This document shows, one piece after another, positions 34,945 to 42,436 of a stretch of 42,436 nt of DNA (the stretch's first letter is position 1; every line of letters starts with the position of its first letter). The translations under genes and the position numbers were made by a program. Origin of the DNA: Chiloscyllium plagiosum (taxonomy: Eukaryota); NCBI RefSeq assembly GCF_004010195.1, contig NW_025214366.1:1-42436 (forward strand), given 5' to 3'. The notes under the pieces are model-generated. The model did not search any database. It worked only from the letters and a program-made list of their open reading frames with translations, and was not told where the DNA came from.

Positions 34945-37245
34945 GTTAAAGTGCGGTTGCTTTAATGCGAGGAGTATCAGGAATAAAAGTGATGAACTTA
35001 GAGCATGGATCAGTACCTGGAGCTATGATGTTGTGGCCATAACAGAGACATGGGTTTCTCAGGGGCAGGAATGATTGCTGGCTGTTCCAGGGTTTAGAGT
35101 ATTTTAAAAGAATGGGGGGGTGGGGGTGGAGAGGAGGGGGTGTAGCACTACTGATCAGATAGGGTATCACAGCTACAGAAGCTTCTATTGTCGAGGAAGA
35201 TCTGCCTACCAAGTCAGTATGAGTGGAAATTAGGAACAGCAAGAGAGCAGTCACCTCGTTAGGGGTTTAATACAGATCCCCCAACAGCAGCAGGGAGATG
35301 GAAGAAAGCATAGGTCGGCAGATATTGGAAAAGTGTGGACGTAGTAGAGTTGTTGTAATGGGTGACTTTAACTTTCCCAATATTGATTGGAACCTCCTTC
35401 GAGCAGAAGATTTGAATGGAGCTGTTTTTGACAGCTACAGAAGCTTCTATTGTCGAGGAAGATCTGCCTACCAAGTCAGTATGACTGGAAATTAGGAACA
35501 GCAAGAGAGCAGTCACCTCCTTCGAGCAGATGGTTTGGAAGGAACTGTTTTTGTAAGGTGTGTTCAGGAGGGTTTCCTAACTCAGTACGTTGACAGGCCG
35601 ACGAGGGAAGAGACCATTTTAGATTTGGTGCTCGGAAACGAGCTGGCGCAGGTATCAGATCTTGTGGTGGGAGAGCATTTTGGTGATAGTGACCACAACT
35701 GCCTCACATTTTACATAGCTATGTAGAAGGAGAGGATAAGGCAAAATGGGAGGATCTTTTATTGGGGAAGAGGAAACTATGATGCGATGAGACATGAGTT
35801 AGGAAGCATGGATTGGGAGCAATTGTTCCATGGTAAAGGCATTATAGACATGTGGAGACTGTTTAAGGAACAGTTGTTGCAAGTAATGAATAAATATGTC
35901 CCTCTGAGACAGGCAAGAAGTGGTAAGATAAAGGAACCTTGTATGACGAGAGCGGTGGAGCTTCTCATCAAAAGGACAAAGGCAGCTTAGGTAAGGTGTA
36001 GGCAGCTAGGGTCAAGCTCAGCTCTAGAGGATTACAGACAGGCGAGGAAGGAGCTCAAAAATCGTCTGAGGAGAGCCAGGAGGGTGCATGATAAAGGCTT
36101 GGCAGAACGGATTAGTGAGAACACAAAGGCATTTTACACTTATGTGAGGAATAAGAGAATGGTCAAAGAAAGAGTCGGCCGATCAGGGATAGCATAGGGA
36201 ATTTGCGTGTGGAGTCTGAGGAGGTAGGGGAAGCACTAAATTAGTTTTTTGCTTCTGTCTTTATGAAAGAAAGGAACTTTGTCGTGAATGAAACCTTTGA
36301 AGAGTAGGCGTGCATACTGGAATGGATAGAGATAGAGGAAGATGATGTGCTGAAAGTTTTGTCAAACATTTAGATTGACAAGTCGCCAGGCCCGGACCAG
36401 ATTTGTCTTTGGCTGCTTTGGGAAACGAGAAATGCAATTGCTTCACCACTTGCGAAGCTCTTTTCATCCTCGCTCTCCACTGTAGTCGTACCTGAGGACT
36501 GTAGAGTGGCAAATGTAATTCCTGTCTTCAAGAAAAGAAATAGGGAAATCCCCGGCAATTACAGACCAGTAAGTCGCACGTCAGTCGTCTGCAAGGTGTT
36601 AGAAAGGATTCTGAGGGATAGGAATTTTGAACATCTGGAAGAGCATGGCTTGATTAAATGCAGTCAACACGGCTTTGTGAGGGGCAGGTCGTGCCACATA
36701 AACCTTTTCGAGTTCTTTGAGGATGTGACTAGAAAGGTTGATGAGGGTCGAGCTGTGGATGTGGTGTATAAGGACTTCAGCAAGGCGTTTCCTAAGGTTC
36801 CCCATGGTAGGCTCATTCAGAAGGTCAGGGGGAATGGGATACAGGGGAACGTAGCTGTCTGGATACAGAATTGGCTGGCCAACAGAAGATAGTGAGTGGT
36901 AGTAGAAGGAAAATATTCTCCTGGAAGTCTGTGGCGAGTGGTGTTCCACAGGGCTCTGTCCTTGGGCCTCTACGGTATGTAATTTTTATTAATGACTTGG
37001 ATTAGGGGATTGAAGGATGGGTCAGCAAATTTGCAGACGACACAAAGGTTGGAGGTGTTGTTGACAGTATAGAGGGCTGTTGTAGGCTGCAGCTGGACAT
37101 TGACTGGATGCAGAATTAGGCTGAGAGGTGGCAGATCAACCTGGATAAATGCGAAGTGATGCATTTTGGAAGGTCGAATTTGAAAGCTGAGTACAGGATT
37201 AAGGATAGGATTCTTGGCAGTGTGGAGGAACAGAGGGATCTTGGC
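34945..37245 (+). pseudogene. CR1 ORF2 (APE endonuclease + RT), first copy
   Basis: FNARSIRNK, VAITETW, MGDFNFP, SDHN, NYRPVS, QHGF, KFADDTKVGG; multiple stops. Confidence 0.92.
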
Positions 37246-37924
37246 AGACGGAGCAGCCGCATGCAAACATGAACAGCGACAACAAAACTTCTGAATAAAA
37301 GTTTTGAGTTTTGAGGTGCAGACTGAGCCAATTGGAAGAATTGTCAGCACAATAAGGCTCATCTGAATTCGAACAGGCGATTGAAAATCAAATCAGCCAC
37401 ATATAGTGAGCTGACTATTCGGTCACTTTGTTTTGTGTCCCGACATTATTGTTGGAATAGAGAATTTGAGATTTCTGTATGTTTTCTTTCAAATGTTAAG
37501 CATATTTCCGTACTTCTTTATATTTATGGGAAGATTATATTGAGTATGATATGTTAGTTACACTTATGTGAGGAATAAGAGAATGGTCAAAGAAAGAGTC
37601 GGCCGATCAGGGATAGCATAGGGAATTTGCGTGTGGAGTCTGAGGAGGTAGGGGAATCGCTAAATTAGTTTTTTGCTTCTGTCTTTACGAAAGAAAGGAA
37701 CTTTGTCGTGAATGAAACCTTTGAAGAGTAGGCGTGCATACTGGAATGGATAGAAATAGAGGAAGATGATGTGCTGAAAATGTTGTCAAACATTAAGATT
37801 GACAAGTCGCCAGGCCCGGACCAGATTTGTCTTCGGCTGCTTTGGGATACGAGAAATGCAATTTGCTTCGCCACTTGTGAAGATCTTTTCATCCTCGCTC
37901 TCCACTGGAGTCGTACCTGAGGAC

Positions 37925-38007
37925 AGGCAAAATCGACGTTTCGGGCAAAAGCCCTTCACCACTAATCCAGAATCTGGTTTCCAGCATCTGCAGTCATTGT
38001 TTTTACC
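37925..38007. mobile_element. 83-bp Penelope pLTR-derived insertion with a 14-bp target-site duplication
   Basis: Flanked by tcgtacctgaggac (37911-37924) and tcgtacttgaggac (38008-38021). Contains minus-strand gggcttttgcccGAAAcgtc and plus-strand tccagcatctgcagtc. Confidence 0.8.
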
Positions 38008-40725
38008 TCGTACTTGAGGACTGTAGAGTGGCAAATGTCATTCCTGTCTTCAAGAAAAGAAATAGGGAAATCCCCGGCAATTACAGACCAGTAAGTCTCA
38101 CGTCAGTTGTGTGCAAGGTGTTAGAAAGGATTCTGAGGGATAGGAATTTTGAACATCTGGAAGAGCATGGCTTGATTAAATGCAGTCAACATGGCTTTGT
38201 GAGGGGCAGGTCGTGCCTCATAAACCTTATTGAGTTCTTTGAGGATGTGACTAGAAAAGTAGATGAGGGTCGAGCTGTGGATGTGGTGTATAAGGACTTC
38301 AGCAAGGCGTTTGATAAGGTTCCCCATGGTAGGCTCATCCAGAAGGTCAGGAGGAATGGGATACAGGGGAACTTAGCTGTCTGGATACAGTATTGGCTGG
38401 CCAACAGAAGATAGTGAGTGGTAGTAGAAGGAAAATATTCTGCCTGGAAGTGTGTGGTGAGTGGTGTTCCACAGGGCTCTGTCCTTGGGCCTCTANNNNN
38501 NNNNNNNNNGAGGCAAATGTAATTCCTCTCTTCAAGAAAGGAAATTGGGAAATCCCAGACAATTACAGACCTGTAGGTTTTTCGTCTGTAAGGTGTTAGA
38601 AAGGATTCTGAGGGATAGGATTTATGACCATCCGAAAAAGCATGGCTTGATTAAATGCAGTCAACACGGCTTNNNNNNNNNNNNNNNNNNNNNNNNNNNN
38701 NNNNNNNNNNNNNNNNNNNNNNNNNNNNNNNNNNNNNNNNNNNNNNNNNNNNNNNNNNNNAGCAAGGCATTTGATAAGGTTCCCCATGGTAGGCTCATTC
38801 AGAAGGTCAGGGGGAATGAGATTCAGGGGAACATAGCTGTCTGGATACAGTATTGGCTGGCCAACAGAAGACAGCGAGTGGTAGTAGAAGGAAAATATTC
38901 CATCTGGAAGTCTGTGGTGAGTGATGATCCACAGGGCTCTGTCCATGGGCCTCTACTGTTTGTAATTTTTATTAATGACTTGGATGAGGGGATTGAAGGA
39001 TGGGTCAGCAAATTTGCAGACGACACAAAGGTTGGAGGTGTCGTTGACAGTATAGAGGGCTGTTGTAGGCTGCAGCTGGACATTGACCGGATGCAGAGTT
39101 AGGCTGAGAGGTGGCAGATGGACTTCAACCTGGATAAATGCGAAGTGATGCATTTTGGATTGTCGAATTTGAAAGCTGAGTACAGGATTAAGGATAGGAT
39201 TCTAGGCAGTGTGGAGGAACAGAGGGATCTTGGTGTGCAGGTACATAGATCCCTTAAAATGGTCACGCAAGTGGACAGGGTTGTTAAGAAAGCATATGGT
39301 GTTTTGGCTTTCATTAACTGGGGGATTGAGTTTAAGAGTCGTGAGATTTTGTTGCAGCTCTATAAAACTTTGGTTAGACCGCACTTGGAATACTGCGTCC
39401 AATTCTGATCGCCCTATTATAGGAAAGATGTGGCTGCTTTGGAGAGTGTTCAGAGGAGGTTTACCTGGATGCTGCCTGGACGGGAGGGCTTATATTATGA
39501 AGAGAGCTAGACTGAGCTCGGACTTTTTTCTTTGGAGAAAAGGAGGAGGAGAGGGGGGCTAATTGAGGTGTACAAGATAATGAGAGGCATAGATAGAGTC
39601 GATAGCCAGAGACTATTTTCCAGGGCAGAAATAACTAACACGAAGGGTCATAGTTTTAAACTAGTTGGAGGAAGGTATAGAGGGGATGTCAAAGGCGGGT
39701 TCTTTACACAGAGAGTTGTAAGAGCATGGAATGCGTTGCCAGCAGCAGTTGTGGAAGCAGGGTCATTGGGGACATTTAAGAGACTACTGGTCATGCACAT
39801 GGTCACAGAAATGTGAGGGTACATACATGAGGATCAGTGGTCGGCACAACATTGTGGGCTGAAGGGCCTGTTCTGTGCTGTACTGTTTTATGTTCTATGT
39901 TCTATATCCTGACAGCAGTTTTCCAATCCAGGAGGAAACAACATCAACAGAGATCTCAGAGAAAAGCAGCTGGGGGTCATGTATTTAAACTTACAACATT
40001 TTTGGGATCCCCAGCAGCTTCTGAATGCTGCTGGCAAAAACAAAACGAGGAAACCTGGTCTGGGAGAGTTGGCCACTGCCCTTTCATTTTTCCACTGTTT
40101 TAATGAAACCTAAAGGCTTTCTCAGTTATTTACTTAAACTGTTTTTAGTCAGCAGTTCTGCACCTCTGCCTTTAAAACTTCTCTTTAAAAAACCCAGGAA
40201 AAAATAACCTTTTTACAGTGATAGTATCCTCACGACTCCATCTTTAATAGAATCATCCATCAATATATAAAGGTGGATTCATTTTAGACCATCTAATCTC
40301 CCTCTATTAGCAGACTGAAATGCATATGCTTTACATTGACTGTGAGCATACAAATGTTGACAACTATTTTCGATTTCTGTCATTTTACTCCTGCCACAGA
40401 ATGCCTTTGTCCTTCTTCATCCAAGTCTCCACAACGTGTCAAAGCTTAAGTTTTCTCGCTCTGTCACCTGTGTAGTTTCAAACTGAATGGCAGCAAGAGT
40501 AAGCTCAGTCGAAACAGACTGGTATTTTTCTCCCTAAACTTCTCCAAAAACTTTAAGGGGTCACGATCAGTGATAAAGATTTGTCTCATGTATGTTATTC
40601 GCAATTTAAATGCTGAAATGTTTTAACGCCAACACCAAGCTCAAGGCCTCCTTCCCCATTGTGGAATAAATCTGTTGATGTTTCCACTGTACACNNNNNN
40701 NNNNNNNNNNNNNNNNNNNNNNNNN

Positions 40726-41545
40726 GCACCGGGACGCTGCTGCCACGCCCCACACCGGGACGCTGCTGCCACGCCCTGCACCGGGACGCTGCTGCCACGC
40801 CCCACACTGGGACGCTGCTGCCACGCCCTGCACCGGGACGCTGCTGCCACGCCCTGCACCGGGACACTGCTGCCACGCCCTGCACCGGGACGCTGCTGCC
40901 ACACCCTGCACCGGGACGCTGCTGCCACGCACCACACTGGGACGCTGCTGCCCCACGCCCTGCACTGGGACGCTGCTGCCACGCTCCTCACCGGGACTCT
41001 GCTGCCACGCCCTGCACCGGGACACTGCTGCCACGCCCTGCACCGGGACACTTCTGTCACGCCCCGCACCGGGACGCTGCTGCCACGCCCTGCACCGGGA
41101 CGCTGCTGCCACGCCCTGCACCGGGACGCTGCTGCCACGCCCTGCACCGGGACGCTGCTGCCACGCCCTACACCAGGACGCTGCTGCCACGCCCTGCACC
41201 AGGACGCTGCTGCCACGCCCTGCACCAGGACGCTGCTGCCACGCCCTGCACCGGGACACTTCTGCCACGCTCCTCACCGGGACTCTGCTGCCACGCCCTG
41301 CACCAGGACACTGCTGCCACGCCCTGCACCGGGACACTTCTGCCACGCTCCTCACCGGGACTCTGCTGCCACGCTCCTCACCAGGACTCTGCTACCACGC
41401 TCCGCACCGGGACACTGCTGCCACGCCCTGCACCGGGACACTTCTGCCGCGCTCCTCACCGGGACTCTGCTGCCATGCTCCTCACCGGAACACTGCTACC
41501 ACGCTCCGCACCGGGACACTGCTACCACGCATTACCCTGGGACAC
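40726..41545. repeat. GC/CpG-rich minisatellite, 26-bp unit GCACCGGGACGCTGCTGCCACGCCCT, about 31 copies
   Basis: 26-bp period seen directly (caccggga at 40727 and 40753). The array runs into an N-gap. Confidence 0.95.
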
Positions 41546-41714
41546 TGGATGCTGGTGTCCCTGCTCTGGCCGCTGGAATCTCCGCTGACCAATGATCCTG
41601 CTTCAGAGGCCAGGGCTGTGTGTCTGAGGATGAGAGGAGGGTGGAGATAGGGAGAAAAGAAACAAAAAAGAATGGGAGGATCCAACAATCTTCTCCGTCA
41701 CAATCTTACCAGCT

Positions 41715-41980
41715 CCAGAAGACCAAAACTGGCCAGGATATTCCAGATGTGGTCTCAGCAAGGCACTGTGCAGCTGAAGCAAGAGTTCCTTGCTGATGTT
41801 CTCTAACCTTCTTGCAATAAGACCAACAAACCATTTGCCTTCTAACTGCTTGCTTCGCCTTCATGCTTACTTATGGTGACCAATGCATAAGAACATCCAG
41901 GTCCCTCTGTGCATCACACTTTCCCAATCTGTCATCATTTAAATAATACCATTAAATGCCATTCTGCATTTCCTATTGAA
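41715..41980 (-). mobile_element. CR1 RT C-terminal fragment
   Basis: Minus strand LLQLHSALLRPHLEYPGQFWS. Confidence 0.75.
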
Positions 41981-42436
41981 GTGGCTTCAATTTTAAAGCT
42001 TGCTCTTAATCCAAAAGATATACTTCAACAGTCATTGCCCATTTCAAAAAGAAGACTGCTCTAATCTTCATATTATGAAGCAGTTACACTTAATAAAGGA
42101 CTAATTATTAAAGGAAATCAGGAAATAGGTTATATATTAATTGCAACATTTGTCGTCACGTAACCTTTTTGATAACATTTCTTGGTGAAAATGGGGTCAA
42201 CGGACATTGATACTCGACGAACAAACAACTCTACCATTCTGCCACCAGCATTGGCCCCAGGGTAAATAGCTGGACTTGCCAGTGTCAAATTTGGACTGAG
42301 CTAATGTTTCCAACAACAAAATAATGATACAGTATTTCTCAGCATAAATGTGCCTCTGTCTCTGGCTCATAAATTTCCTCGATTATCTGCTGGGCAATAT
42401 TGCGCTGGATGATAATATGCTTCTCAATGCTGTGTT

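Larger units (their letters stand above)
33730..39907 (+). mobile_element. Full-length CR1 LINE (5' UTR, ORF1, ORF2, 3' UTR, (TGTTCTA)n tail) with locally triplicated RT region; inactivated
   Basis: ORF1 and ORF2 motifs as listed below; tail tgttttatgttctatgttctat at 39884-39906. Confidence 0.92.
33442..40694 (-). mobile_element. Second Gypsy (Gmr1-like) 3' end: RNase H (40440-40694), PPT, and a 3' LTR split into 33442-33730 and 39908-40233 by a CR1
   Basis: HQQIYSTMGKEALSLVLALKHF..TDRDPLKFLEKFREKNTSLFRLS. Both LTR halves match the solo LTR at 9323-9931. Confidence 0.75.

Noticed and set aside
40595..41595. Cys/Arg/Ala-rich ORFs of 190-310 aa on both strands
   Set aside because: They result from a stop-free 26-bp minisatellite that is open in several frames, and the unit is not a multiple of 3.

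Overview
This is eukaryotic, non-genic, repeat-dominated DNA, most likely from a cartilaginous fish. The evidence is shark-type HE1/V-SINEs with (AGATT)n tails, abundant CR1 LINEs and shark-type Penelope pseudo-LTRs. It is a draft assembly with several N-gaps. I find no intact host protein-coding gene, rRNA, tRNA or CRISPR array. The window contains: (1) many CR1 LINE copies, including a young near-intact ORF2 (10326-12925) and a full-length ORF1+ORF2 copy whose RT region is locally triplicated (about 33730-39907); (2) a decayed minus-strand Gypsy LTR retrotransposon with the Gmr1-type PR-INT-RT-RH order and a tRNA-Pro PBS (about 15452-22388), a second Gmr1-like 3' end, and solo LTRs; (3) Penelope-like fragments carrying seven minimal hammerhead-ribozyme cores, often in inverted or fold-back arrangements; (4) four PIF/Harbinger relics (one Myb/SANT ORF, three transposase pieces); (5) a degenerate ~42-bp satellite built from the CR1 3' terminus, and a 26-bp GC-rich minisatellite. 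The most striking structural theme is repeated local duplication with short inverted segments copied from nearby DNA at the junctions, a template-switch signature. The first ~340 bp hold a cluster of NF-kB/STAT/CRE-like motifs that may be regulatory. Boundaries and identities were read by eye and are approximate.
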